A stretch of 60,497 nt of DNA from Octopus bimaculoides (GCF_001194135.2 NC_068982.1:166693567-166754063); one strand, 5' to 3'. Counted from the stretch's first letter, positions 52,936 through 59,119 are shown. A program made the numbers and translations. Notes: generated by a model from the sequence alone, not told the origin.

Positions 52936-55900
52936 GATTGTAATTAATGCTCTAACTGAAATGTTGTTTCAATGCAGAGAAAAGACAGCCACCATTATGT
53001 ACATAAGCCTATTGTTAAATGTGAAAGTGGATCTCAAACAGACACACATTTCATTGAGAAGAACATTGTTAAATCCTATGAGTGGAATGAATGGGAACTT
53101 CGGCGAAAGGCTATTAAACTGGTGAGAAAAAAACTCATATAACATTGATGTTTAACTTCAAATCAGCACTCATTGAGCTTAGCTATTTTTTAAGGACTTT
53201 TCACTGCTAACTTCCTGTGCATATTCTATGTACTGTTCATATAATTTTGGTTATTTTTTCTGATGAGTTGTGGTGTACCTGAGCACTGTATACAATAAGT
53301 TCATTGTTATTTTTATTTTAAAGGCATTCCAAACATGGACACACTGTGTATTTATATGTTTATTTATTTTTTTTATATCCAGTAAGTGCAGGCATGGCTG
53401 TGTGGTAAGAAGCTTGTTTCTCAACCATATGGTTCTGGAAAGTTGACTCATTCAATGTCAGAATAGGTTTTTACAGAAAAAATATAATGAAGTTGACTTT
53501 TATTTATGCTGGTCGGTATAATGCTTATATTTTCAGTATAAATTTTCTAAAACCATTAAATGGTTAACTACTTTTTGAAGTTTGATGTTCATGCTGGTAC
53601 TCACGGTCTGGGCCATATTTTACATTGCTTAGAGTTTCTACCTATTGCAATGGAGCCCAGCAATTTCCTTAAATAGATCAGTTTTTCTCCGCTTGGGGAG
53701 TCTGGCTTGCGTTTGCACCAGAAAGCTATTTGCTTGCTTTCTCCATGTTACAACACAGTGAAATTCCTCACTGCTGATATCGCTGCTATCAGCTCTTACT
53801 GCATCTAACGTCAACAACAACAACATTATAATTCATCCTTGCGCATGTAAGCTCACTAAGTGAGTATGACTTAGCATTCCTACAGAAACTTTCATTTTAC
53901 CTTATACAATGTTTAATGTCATTTCACATTCATGTTGAATTATGCAGCAATCTTATGTTCTCTTCATAGAACACTTGTAATGTATGTATTACCAGTTCTT
54001 TTGGTATAGTAGATTTTTGCAATTCTTGTTTATGTCTCCTCACAAATAGGTATATTCTAACAAGTCGCTTCTTAAATTTCATACCTCTCTTGTTCAATAA
54101 ATATTGAGTTAAACTTGTAAAGCTGTTTATTTTCTCCATTCGACTTTTAATGCTTATTTTAGCACGTTACCAAACTATCAGTTTGGTCGCTGGCTAAAAT
54201 GGTAATGACAAATTTTGAAGTTTACTTGACATTTTATAAGTCTGAAAGGGATTAAAATTTCAATACTCCATATCAAAGGTTCCGACAAGAATAGGCAGAA
54301 AAATTAGAGCTTGAGACAAGAAGGCATTTTCGACCAATCAGAATTCTGTTTACATAATCAGTTTGATCAGTCACCTTCCTCTGTCGGTTGAGTAAAGTGT
54401 CATCCAAGCTGATGTTTATTGGTAATTAAACTTATTTTGCAACACTTGTGCGTATTTATCAGCTTTGTTTTTGCTGATAAGATTATCAACAACTTTTTCT
54501 GTGATCGTGATTTGAGAAGACATACAGAATTATGCTAAAGATAGGACATAATCTCTTGTGTGCAAGAAATGTAAAATAAAGTTTATTAGCTGTAGAAATT
54601 CTGCCAAATTAGATTGGAGCCTGGTGTTGCCATCCAGTTTCACCAGTCCTCAGTCAAATCGTCCAACCCATGCTAGCATGGAAAGCGGACGTTAAACAAT
54701 GATGATGATGATGATGATGATGAACACAAACACTTCGTAATTTAATAGCTTTCAATGTCATACCTGTTAAACAGAAATTATTTTAATTTAGTGAAAATTT
54801 AATAAAATCTAATCATAAGTAAGCGAAATTATGTTAAATACAACTAAATTGAGAAACTTTTTTTTTCCCTGGCCATATCGGCAATTCTGAAAACTTTTGG
54901 GTGCGAATTTTATATGAATAGAAGCTTTCTTTAATAATTTTTATCCTGAAAATCACCTGCATAAATTACACAGGTTTCCAAATTACATGGATTTTTATGG
55001 TATATGTAGTTATAAATGATATATAAGTGTTTGTATATGTGTATGAGTGCATGTGTGTTTGTGTTTCTTTGTATCAACATTGCATGATCATTGTAAATGA
55101 TTGTCACTGTTATTCATTTCCCAAATACTACAAGAACATGTGTGGTCATGAGAAAAGATTACCTTGCTTGAAAATAGGTGAATGATAGAGATAGAAAGGG
55201 CATCTGGCTGTAGAATATTTGCCTCAATAAACTCCATCCAGCCAATGTAAGCATGAGAAAGTGGACTTCAAAAGGATGATGATGAAGATAAGAGTACTAC
55301 CTTGTTCAATGTGTTCTTCATTGGCATGTAAAAAGCACCCATCACACTTTGTTAAGTGGTTGGCATTAGGAAGGGCATCCATCCATAGAAACCATGCCAC
55401 AACAGACAGTTGGAGTCAGGACAGCTCCCTGCTAGCCAGCTCCATGTCAAACTGTCCAACCCATGCCAACATGGAAAGAGGGCACTAAACAATAATGATG
55501 ATGATGAATTGAGAAAAAACTATCTGCTGTTTGAATGAGGATGCAATGATGTTCATGCTCTTTACAAAATAACCAGGGACACAAGCAGACAAGAAAGGGT
55601 TACAAGTGGATAGGAATATTGAGTCTAAATTTCTGTTTCAAATTACTCAAGTTGTCCTAGATTTTATTCAATTTATGTTGTCTGGCATCTTGTTTTCTGT
55701 GTTCAAATTCCACCAAGTCAATTTTGTCCTTTATCCTTCTGAGTTCAATTATTAACGGAAAGGTGGACTGACAGGGAAATGAAAGCATCCTTGCAAGATT
55801 TGTTTTGGCTCTTTGCATTCTGAGTTCAAATCAAGGTAACTTAATCTGCCTCTCACTTTAAGACCATCACCTGGGCCTTGGGTGCCTTTAGTAAAGCTCA

Positions 55901-58296
55901 CTCAGTTTCAGATATTTAGGCCAGGTCTTTGGTTTGAGGATATCTTCCATCCACCAGTCATGGTGGCTCTGTAAATGGTTATGAGCTCCACCTTTGAGTA
56001 AAAGATTTTTTAAATGTTCAGATCCTACCAGTACCAGCTTTACTGTTTGATAAAATAAGTACTGGTCTTCTACAGGGTCAATTCCATAAAGTATATTGAC
56101 CCTCTCTATGAAGCTGTGGGCTTGTAAAACACCTTTGAGAATTGTTGCTATTGTAATACCAGAAACTTTAATATGCAAGAAATTAATAACATTATATAAA
56201 ACCTTTCTTTAACAGACTGATCTGCGCCATAAATTAACACATTCAGCTCAAACTGATGCCAGCAGTCACCGGAAGATTGTCACTACACAAACTTACATGC
56301 CAAAGTAATGTAGTTTTAATGTTTCTTATGATTAATGAGGATAGGGTGAACATAAAAGATGTTGTTAGCCTCAAATCAACCCTGATTGCATAGACTTATG
56401 ATTAAAGTTATTCTGGACTTATTTTAAGGCACAACCGTATCTAGGTTTAGGACTTTTTACCCTTTAGGTTTGTTTTTAAAATGTGATTTGAGGGAGATTT
56501 AGCTACTATTTTTTGTCAAAGCAATCATTTGACACAAAGAAGTATAATTGTTTGGTAAAAATAGTAAAATTTATTTTTGCTACTCACAATCTGAGTTTGA
56601 TTTCCACAAAGGTCACCTTTGCCTTCATCCTTTTAGGATGAACAAAAGAAGCACCAGATATATACCCCAACCCTATTCTCCACAAAACTGAGTTCTTGTG
56701 CCAATGTGAGAAATTATTATTACATATTTCTTATCAAAAATATTTTTATTTGCATAAATTAATAATGCTTAGTGTTGTTCTTGATGTTTAACCCGAGCTC
56801 CCAATCAAGCAGACCAATGATCGAAGCCATTGTTGCCTATCAGTGTCTTAACTTGAGAGTGCGCATTGCCTAGAACAGCCCTTGAGTTTGCCCCTCTATT
56901 CTGACCCCTCACCCAAACCTATACAGGCTTATACAACAAACTCAAAAGTGTCACCTGGAATAGGCTGCTCTGCCTCCTCCAAGCTACTGTTCTTTATTCA
57001 ATGTGCCTCCTTTCTTTAAGAGGATAGGTTATGTGGAGAGGCATGGCACAGTGGTTAGAATGTTGGGCTCACAATCATGAGGAAGTGAGTTTGCAAAATT
57101 CAGAAGTGGAGATTTCAGCCTTGAAGATGAAGATCGAACAAGATGTCCAGTTGAGTTTGATGAGAAGCTCCTGATGGCATTACTTGAAGAAAATCCTACA
57201 TTATCAGTTGAAGGATTGGCAATAAAGCTTAGTTCAAACCATACAACTGTTCATCATCATCTTCAACAACTTGGAAAGGTTCCTAAACTTGGAAAATGGG
57301 TGCCTCGTGACTTGTCTGAAAGCAACCACAAATCCCGAGTTGACATCTGCTCTTCTCTCCATTCTCGTGAACTCGTTTCACCCTTTTTGGATAGACTTGT
57401 GACTGGTACCTAAAACTGGATCTTCTATCGAAATGTTAATGCCATAAACAGTGGCTTGGTAAAAGGGAAAAAGCCCAACCACAACTGAGAAGGGAACTTC
57501 ATGGGAAAAAGGTTCTTCTTTCTATTTGGTGGGATTGCAAAGGAGTAATTCACTCTGAATTATTACCACCTAATGCAACAATCAATGCTCAAGTCTACTG
57601 TCAGCAATTAGAGCGTTTGAACNNNNNNNNNNNNNNNGTGATGTTTCATCAGGACAATGCATGACCCCACACTGCAAAGATCACATTACAGAAGATCAAA
57701 AAGCTTGGTTGGGAAAAAATTCCTCATCCACCTTATTCTCCCGACCTTGCTCCTTCAGACTACAATTTGTTTCGTAGTTTACAGAATCATTTGGGGGACA
57801 TAACTTTCGCAAGCCAGGAGGGGTGGAAACTGACATTTCAAAGTTCTTCGCTTTGAAACCAAAAGAATTTTACATTGATGGGATTAAAAAGTTTGTAAAT
57901 AGATGGAAGGAAGTCATAGATAATTAGGGAAAGTACATTGATGATTAAATTTCAATTAAATATAACATTTGATCACTTGCTTTCTTTATTCAAAATTCAG
58001 ACAGAACTTATGGGATGACCTGATATATGTGTGTAATATTTCTAATCATGACTATTTGTCTGTATATGTTTGTGCATGTGTGGTGGGTGTACGATTCCAT
58101 TTTATTTTATTATTGTTCATATTATTATTTCCTTATGTCCTATCATTGTAGAGACCAACAAACGCAGACCAAGTTAGATGGTTGCAGCAGTGTACCCCGG
58201 CCACAGGTATTCCTGGCTGGCTTGCGTGGCTCTGGAATGAAAAAACCAACTGTTCTTACCAAAGTGGATCTTACATTGGATGTCAAACTGATATAA
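3950..58296 (+). CDS. CFAP206: CFAP206 (cilia- and flagella-associated protein 206), 5'-partial. join(3950..4040,6758..6946,13189..13347,17035..17127,19766..19884,32053..32172,36344..36448,40887..40973,45996..46100,47437..47579,51195..51288,52978..53121,56216..56304,58152..58296)
   Basis: The 14 exons join into one open frame of 1683 nt (560 aa + TAA) with GT-AG introns and matching phases. Motifs recognised from memory of CFAP206 orthologues, in the expected order: SPSLDTIKMQVYFDMNY, LLRSGLGSP, QSVFPQAELGTFL, TGIRLFN, GFC..LL.GN..IG, ELIQLLEL, YEWNEWELRRKAIKL, VPRPQ.FLAGLRG. The length fits a ~620-aa protein lacking ~60-65 N-terminal residues. Confidence 0.96.
4140..4680 (+). mobile_element. 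Two R4/Dong-like retrotransposon 3' ends (4140-4395 and 4475-4680) embedded in (AAT)n
   Basis: Translations KKVTVVPVVVGALGTLTTKFEK...KILRLVLEC* and KSALLGRAKILRKVLNI* match the C-terminus of RLE-type LINEs. (aat)n flanks both sides. Confidence 0.8.
5221..5434 (-). mobile_element. SINE family S1
   Basis: Same head, B-box and ggcacaaggcc tail as 2836-3052. Confidence 0.8.
6758..6946 (+). CDS. CFAP206: CFAP206 exon B: QFLEEHRRVLESRMQPVIREITDSRAQIKEEFENLYHKIVLAILLRSGLGSPSDLAVVREAT
   Basis: tattaag| acceptor, |gtttgt donor; 189 nt, phase 1 to phase 1. Confidence 0.95.
7180..7430 (-). mobile_element. Old repeat carrying the RTE-type 3' tail (ggaagggcatccagctgtagaaa)
   Basis: ttctacagctggatgcccttcc on the + strand; body related to 10715-10990 and 55070-55290. 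Confidence 0.6.
7993..9766 (-). mobile_element. 5'-truncated RTE-clade LINE: RT domain, PHD-like finger, C-terminus and 3' tail ending in (GAT)n; partly in an N gap
   Basis: YIYADDLALIAES...GLRVNLAKTK; CSIC...CTQC..THKRC; MRWYGHVARMDE...RGRPRKTWDEVVKHDL; tail catgctagcatggaaagtggatgttaaatgatgatg. A stop at 9458-9460 shows it is dead. Confidence 0.92.
9803..10120 (+). mobile_element. tRNA-derived SINE family S3 (head lost in the gap), (AAC)n tail
   Basis: Near-identical to the reverse complement of 26879-27266. Confidence 0.9.
10150..10400 (+). mobile_element. 3' half of SINE family S2
   Basis: ttgtccccacaccatcgcttgac...aacttagcggttc...gctgaaacaagtaaaag matches the tail of 1307-1703. Confidence 0.75.
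10715..10990 (+). mobile_element. Degenerate RTE-tail repeat ending in (GAT/GAC)n
   Basis: Body similar to 55070-55290 and 7180-7430; trinucleotide tail. Confidence 0.5.
11972..12201. mobile_element. TTAA-flanked MITE (piggyBac-like), family M2
   Basis: ttaa|tccttccattacc ... ggtaacaaaaggg|ttaa imperfect TIR; body matches 26841-27465. Confidence 0.7.
12309..12536. mobile_element. TTAA-flanked MITE (piggyBac-like), family M1
   Basis: ttaa|ctgtttagcatt ... aatgttaaaggg|ttaa; body matches 16201-16423. Confidence 0.75.
13189..13347 (+). CDS. CFAP206: CFAP206 exon C: AVQSVFPQAELGTFLALGKGDKERQLLELTMISTGIRLFNKEYCKGGKGIDD
   Basis: caccag| acceptor, |gtaagt donor; 159 nt, phase 1 to phase 1. Confidence 0.96.
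13302..13660 (+). repeat. ~183-bp tandem duplication containing the 3' end of CFAP206 exon C and its donor
   Basis: ctgtttaataaggagtattgcaaaggtggaaaaggtattgatgatt|gtaagtacagaaatc (13302) versus ctgtttaagaaagattattgtaaagcagaaaaggtattgataatt|gtatgtacagaaatc (13485); similarity continues to agagaagagagt. Confidence 0.9.
15143..16125 (+). mobile_element. Head-to-tail array of three ~235-bp S1 SINEs, with a younger S1 copy (~15448-15671) nested in unit 2
   Basis: Units start ttaggttct at 15143, 15378 and 15876. The nested copy is flanked by agaatc(a/t)taagcacac at 15429 and 15672. Confidence 0.85.
16201..16423. mobile_element. TTAA-flanked MITE, family M1
   Basis: ttaa|ccctttagcatt ... aatgctaaaggg|ctaa, a 12-bp perfect TIR. 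Further copies at 10269-10305 (fragment) and 29598-29823. Confidence 0.8.
16718..16952. repeat. Long (CA)n microsatellite spanning a gap
   Basis: Directly visible. Other long microsatellites: (TA)n 1105-1290 and 45657-45930; (AAT)n 24960-25018, 42967-43028 and 43719-43775; (CA)n 34467-34530; (GAT)n 24283-24345; (TTA)n 52615-52653 and 52885-52935. Confidence 0.98.
17035..17127 (+). CDS. CFAP206: CFAP206 exon D: PVILKKAIPQTSKTIERDIHNTSEYIDKYT
   Basis: tttcag| acceptor, |gtgagt donor; 93 nt, phase 1 to phase 1; continues GIDD-L-P. Confidence 0.92.
17540..18130 (+). mobile_element. Decayed R4-like RLE retrotransposon C-terminus (CCHC knuckle plus restriction-like endonuclease), followed by (TACA)n
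   Basis: Frameshifted translation: CRPC....ITHVISS; IPIKPSLMCKHNKLDIAAWDKQ...FIEASCPLDVKISSKIK...FTFIPII...IQSVNGTVIIYKTFLKF. Confidence 0.75.
19766..19884 (+). CDS. CFAP206: CFAP206 exon E: ILHHFLDQKQDKVTPTQLTLMKQSLINVRQLESFLNAIM
   Basis: ttacag| acceptor, |gttagt donor; 119 nt, phase 1 to phase 0; resembles the K.AL.N.RQ.E.FL motif. Confidence 0.92.
20241..21393 (-). mobile_element. Near full-length dead mariner transposon
   Basis: KWAAEFGRGRERLEDDPRSRRP (HTH), ECWVHHFE, HPPYSPDLAPSDYHLF. Degenerate ~33-bp TIRs (agggt.ag..ga.aag.tca.aggctgac) with TA at both ends. Stops, frameshifts and a deletion over the second catalytic D. Confidence 0.93.
21880..22137. mobile_element. hAT (Charlie-like) MITE
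   Basis: TIR cagtgcttctcaac ... gttgagaaacactg; 8-bp TSD ttgtaggg / ttgtaagg. Confidence 0.85.
22390..22680 (+). mobile_element. 5' fragment of a Tc1/mariner-superfamily element (possibly maT-like)
   Basis: TA|CAGGGTG terminus and a decayed HTH-like frame HAVLLGIHARNSNINISEFWGVSLRTVQ. No 3' TIR seen. Confidence 0.55.
22690..23200 (+). mobile_element. R4/Dong-like RLE domain and 3'UTR ending in (AAT)n
   Basis: ILWYYDFQTDCVIEHRQLDIVILNK...IIDVAI...KEVEKISK...VIGMLGSIP...LQKAALLGTAHTLRK. Confidence 0.9.
23205..24252 (-). mobile_element. Stack of one RTE-tail repeat (23205-23370) and four S1 SINEs (~23409-23580, 23590-23806, 23845-24020, 24038-24252)
   Basis: Repeated gcacaaggcc / gaatttgaactcag / gctaagcattt blocks separated by (aat)n. 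Confidence 0.8.
24345..24612 (+). mobile_element. R4/Dong-like 3' end
   Basis: IPGNPP..E..KIVLMGT...ILSM* plus a 3'UTR; its last ~35 nt recur alone at 26338-26372. Confidence 0.65.
24714..24935 (-). mobile_element. SINE family S1
   Basis: Full head-to-tail match to the other S1 copies. Confidence 0.85.
25019..26307 (+). mobile_element. R4/Dong-like LINE, 5'-truncated, mostly in an N gap
   Basis: CAKATLKRGK...SYKYLGV...KKEYYRRVRSILKTKLNAKNKIMGINT ... AHILRKTLSIQ*; (aat)n on both sides. Confidence 0.9.
26841..27465. mobile_element. M2 TTAA-type MITE interrupted by an S3 SINE
   Basis: ttaa|ccctcttgtaacc ... ggtatcaggagggtt; the body resumes after the SINE and matches 11972-12201. Confidence 0.75.
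26879..27266 (-). mobile_element. Full-length tRNA-derived SINE family S3 with an 11-bp TSD
   Basis: Head gtggaggcgcaatggcccagtagttagg (A-box)...ggtttcgattccc (B-box); (AAC)n tail; TSD tgaaatatact at 26868-26878 and 27267-27277. Confidence 0.92.
29598..29823. mobile_element. Degenerate M1-type TTAA MITE
   Basis: ctttagtattc ... gaatactaaaagg|ttaa. Confidence 0.6.
31030..31260 (-). mobile_element. Old RTE-tail repeat; a second short copy lies at 31785-31880
   Basis: catttaatattcattttccatgctggcatg...gaatgccttttctaatgccaaccac. Confidence 0.65.
32053..32172 (+). CDS. CFAP206: CFAP206 exon F: LDVKSSANQVETYTMELNSYLETINFTVENKTAVPTAQVY
   Basis: ttttttccag| acceptor, |gtaggt donor; 120 nt, phase 0; KTAVPT.QV motif. 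Confidence 0.95.
32702..32916 (-). mobile_element. SINE family S1
   Basis: Full match to the other S1 copies. Confidence 0.85.
33330..33980 (+). mobile_element. Decayed R4/Dong-like reverse transcriptase core
   Basis: Frameshifted: AWL.YQKAFDSTPHE.II.ALQLAKVP...LFFVDDLKLYGPS...MKFSEFKCAFLALKCG. Confidence 0.85.
36344..36448 (+). CDS. CFAP206: CFAP206 exon G: PQFIHLAQLWNYLQEEMVLLSVFSNVATSLGSFSK
   Basis: cattgcag| acceptor, |gtaagt donor; 105 nt, phase 0. Confidence 0.94.
36510..37090. mobile_element. Two old RTE-tail repeats in inverted orientation (36510-36700 minus; 36810-37090 plus)
   Basis: gtggttg(a/g)tgtta(a/g)gaagggcatcca and cagcatggaaa(a/g)tggatattaaa are present in both, on opposite strands. 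Confidence 0.75.
37425..38674 (+). mobile_element. Near full-length dead mariner (D,D34D) interrupted at ~38425 by an RTE 3' tail
   Basis: TIRs ta|tcaggccattaagaatgaaatgtccaatttt and aaaattggatatttcattctttaatgacttga|ta. Motifs VPHELNEHQ, SDEKW, QDNAQPH, HPPYSPDLAPAD; 34 codons between D2 and D3, including one TAG; frameshifts. Confidence 0.96.
39660..40235 (+). mobile_element. Young RTE LINE 3'UTR copy with internal tandem modules and a (GAC/GAT)n tail
   Basis: A 62-bp unit twice plus a divergent third copy, then hairpin modules, ggttggcgttaggaagggcatccagctgtagaaac, and gcggacgttaaacgacgacgatg. Confidence 0.9.
40887..40973 (+). CDS. CFAP206: CFAP206 exon H: VHTNIFPDSVINPMLKGIEITNDLARMTS
   Basis: ctaacag| acceptor, |gtaagt donor; 87 nt, phase 0; fills the gap between exons G and I. 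Confidence 0.88.
43029..43831. mobile_element. S1 SINE (43029-43242, minus), R4/Dong 3' end (~43290-43718, plus) with a ~55-nt RTE tail inserted at 43414-43470 (minus), then an S1 tail (43775-43831, minus)
   Basis: WRVTVIPGVVGTLRALTTKFKK / VEQAQKAAL..ARILRLVLGC*, same family as 4140-4395; (aat)n between elements. Confidence 0.8.
44149..44600 (+). mobile_element. R4/Dong-like RLE C-terminus plus 3'UTR ending in (AAT)n
   Basis: IPCDQNLAAKEFDKISKYKDL...MWHLKATTVPVIVGSLGMIKK...IPGLPSLQEVQKIVLTG. Confidence 0.88.
45996..46100 (+). CDS. CFAP206: CFAP206 exon I: CNQKVNVAVVKQYTNVEWLFPDNTTNFDKLNLECR
   Basis: ctttgcag| acceptor, |gtaagc donor; 105 nt, phase 0; EWLFP.TT.NFDKL motif. Confidence 0.95.
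47437..47579 (+). CDS. CFAP206: CFAP206 exon J: GFCPVTLCKYEGLLLRGNSDIGVAKYQNYYYAFASKEDAYEFAEDAD
   Basis: ttttgtag| acceptor, |gtaagt donor; 143 nt, phase 0 to phase 2. Confidence 0.96.
48070..48330 (+). mobile_element. Old RTE-tail repeat with three degenerate gtgcc..ggcac.taaaaggcac modules
   Basis: gggaagggcatccaactgtagaaacc ... gccagcatggaaaac. Confidence 0.65.
48895..49990 (-). mobile_element. R4/Dong-like LINE 3' part (CCHC knuckle plus RLE), same family as 25019-26307
   Basis: CWICGDGEETINQIVSGCPVLAKTEYIHRHHRVG...LWDMLIHTDRQIKANRPDIVV; shared 3'UTR aagagcaccac...gtgaagtgaaagc; (att)n at 48893-48905. Confidence 0.92.
50020..50945 (-). mobile_element. Second R4/Dong-like LINE fragment of a different lineage, in tandem with the previous one
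   Basis: LIDVSVPTDKNISVKEF...YKDLEIEIQKM.HLKVRTVPVIVGALGVIKK; (att/gtt)n at 50950-50990. Confidence 0.85.
51195..51288 (+). CDS. CFAP206: CFAP206 exon K: FVTSVSEIAKVNPELIQLLELYNQFTSITPQ
   Basis: ccaacag| acceptor, |gtttgc donor; 94 nt, phase 2 to phase 0; ELIQLLEL motif. Confidence 0.95.
51345..51760 (+). mobile_element. Young 5'-truncated RTE LINE: last ORF codons plus the whole 3'UTR
   Basis: Begins WKCAVREKTRQAK* (the W..AV end of RTE ORFs, stop at 51384-51386), then hairpin modules and the same tail as 39660 and 7993. Confidence 0.88.
52399..52838 (+). mobile_element. S1 SINE (52399-52653, (TTA)n tail) followed directly by a young RTE 3' tail (52654-52838)
   Basis: Direct sequence match to the other copies. 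Confidence 0.88.
52978..53121 (+). CDS. CFAP206: CFAP206 exon L: RKDSHHYVHKPIVKCESGSQTDTHFIEKNIVKSYEWNEWELRRKAIKL
   Basis: aatgcag| acceptor, |gtgaga donor; 144 nt, phase 0. The ORF track shows a different frame here. Confidence 0.96.
54588..54722 (+). mobile_element. Short young RTE 3' tail
   Basis: agctgtagaaattctgccaaattagattggagcc...gcggacgttaaacaatgatgatg. Confidence 0.88.
55070..55505 (+). mobile_element. Two old RTE-tail repeats in tandem (55070-55290 and 55315-55505)
   Basis: Each carries aagggcatc...gtaga and ends catg.gaaag.gg.c..(gat)n. Confidence 0.65.
56216..56304 (+). CDS. CFAP206: CFAP206 exon M: TDLRHKLTHSAQTDASSHRKIVTTQTYMP
   Basis: ttaacag| acceptor, |gtaatg donor; 89 nt, phase 0 to phase 2; LR.K.THS.QTD motif. 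Confidence 0.94.
57036..57091 (+). mobile_element. Isolated tRNA-like head of SINE S4, broken inside the B-box
   Basis: gaggcatggcacagtggttagaatgttgggctcacaatcatgaggaagtgagtt matches 3257-3310. Confidence 0.75.
57089..58023 (+). mobile_element. 5'-deleted dead mariner (D,D34D)
   Basis: FRSGDFSLEDEDR, KLGKWVPRDL, HQDNA*PH, HPPYSPDLAPSDY; 34 codons between D2 and D3; 3' TIR cttatgggatgacctga|ta. Confidence 0.94.
58152..58296 (+). CDS. CFAP206: CFAP206 terminal coding exon N: DQQTQTKLDGCSSVPRPQVFLAGLRGSGMKKPTVLTKVDLTLDVKLI*
   Basis: cattgtag| acceptor, phase 2 (aa+a = Lys); stop TAA at 58294-58296. Confidence 0.95.
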
Positions 58297-58297
58297 T

Positions 58298-58303
58298 AAT
58301 AAA
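58298..58303 (+). promoter_or_regulatory. Candidate polyadenylation signal AATAAA directly after the CFAP206 stop codon
   Basis: Sequence reads ...ctg ata TAA t AATAAA atattg. The DNA is AT-rich, so a chance match is possible. Confidence 0.4.
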
Positions 58304-58329
58304 ATATTGTTATCACTAATATTTTCTTA

Positions 58330-58760
58330 CAATTTTATTGTTGTCACATGCTTTCTCTGTTTTACTGAGTGCAGCTCTGACCACCTTGGCTATGTACAGT
58401 GTTTCATTTTAGTTGTTATTTTCCCTTGTATTGAAAGTAGTCTATGTAATACATGCAAAGGGCTTCCTAGAACCTTTTCCTGTGTTGTGTTTATTTTAAA
58501 CCCCGAGGTTCTGGTTACGTATTTTGTTGTATGTTTTCAGCTTATTCCTAAGATCCCTATTATAATAGGAATTGTTTCTGTTTTATTTCCCCATGCTCTA
58601 GTCATATCCCTTTCTAGATCTTTATATTTGGATAATTTTCCTATTTCATTTAGATAAACATTATTGTCTGTTGGGACTACTAATATTTTGATTAAGATTC
58701 AATTCTTTTCTTGATGTTCCCTGGCAACTATTGGGTCTTACTTTATCCAAATAAAGTCGA
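58330..58760 (-). mobile_element. R4/Dong-like 3' fragment, antisense, directly downstream of the CFAP206 stop
   Basis: VPTDNNVYLNEIGKLSKYKDLERDMTRAWGNKTETIPIIIGILG; 3'UTR ccaagg...cagagctgc.ctc.gta...gaaagcatgtga related to the 25019/48895 family. Confidence 0.82.
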
Positions 58761-58934
58761 AGTCACATATATAATTCAGAACAATTAATTATTCCACTGA
58801 TAGCTTGAATAATCTCAAACATCATGTGAAACATGTAATCACTACACCATTTCGATAACACCTTCAACGGTTTATTTTTTTAATAGCTTAAATGACCTTT
58901 TAGCAACAGAACAATTGCTTCTATTATCACACAC

Positions 58935-58965
<31 letters not shown>

Positions 58966-59119
58966 ATTCTGTACACACACACATACACGCAGACACACAC
59001 ATACACGCAGATACACACATGCACACAAAAGAAAACATAAAAAATACACCCCCACACATGCGCAAACACACACACACACGAACACACACACCTATACACA
59101 GTTGGAGACCACACACATA

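Larger units (their letters stand above)
11772..56830. repeat. Unclassified old dispersed repeat (gtgatttgagggagatttggctgctatttctagc motif), at least 8 copies
   Basis: Copies near 11772-11910, 21598-21800, 27905-28290, 46340-46390, 51905-51965, 52150-52220, 56355-56510 and 56785-56830 (plus) and 28850-29010 (minus). Confidence 0.6.

Noticed and set aside
52934-53125. 63-aa ORF in the track
   Set aside because: Wrong frame of CFAP206 exon L.
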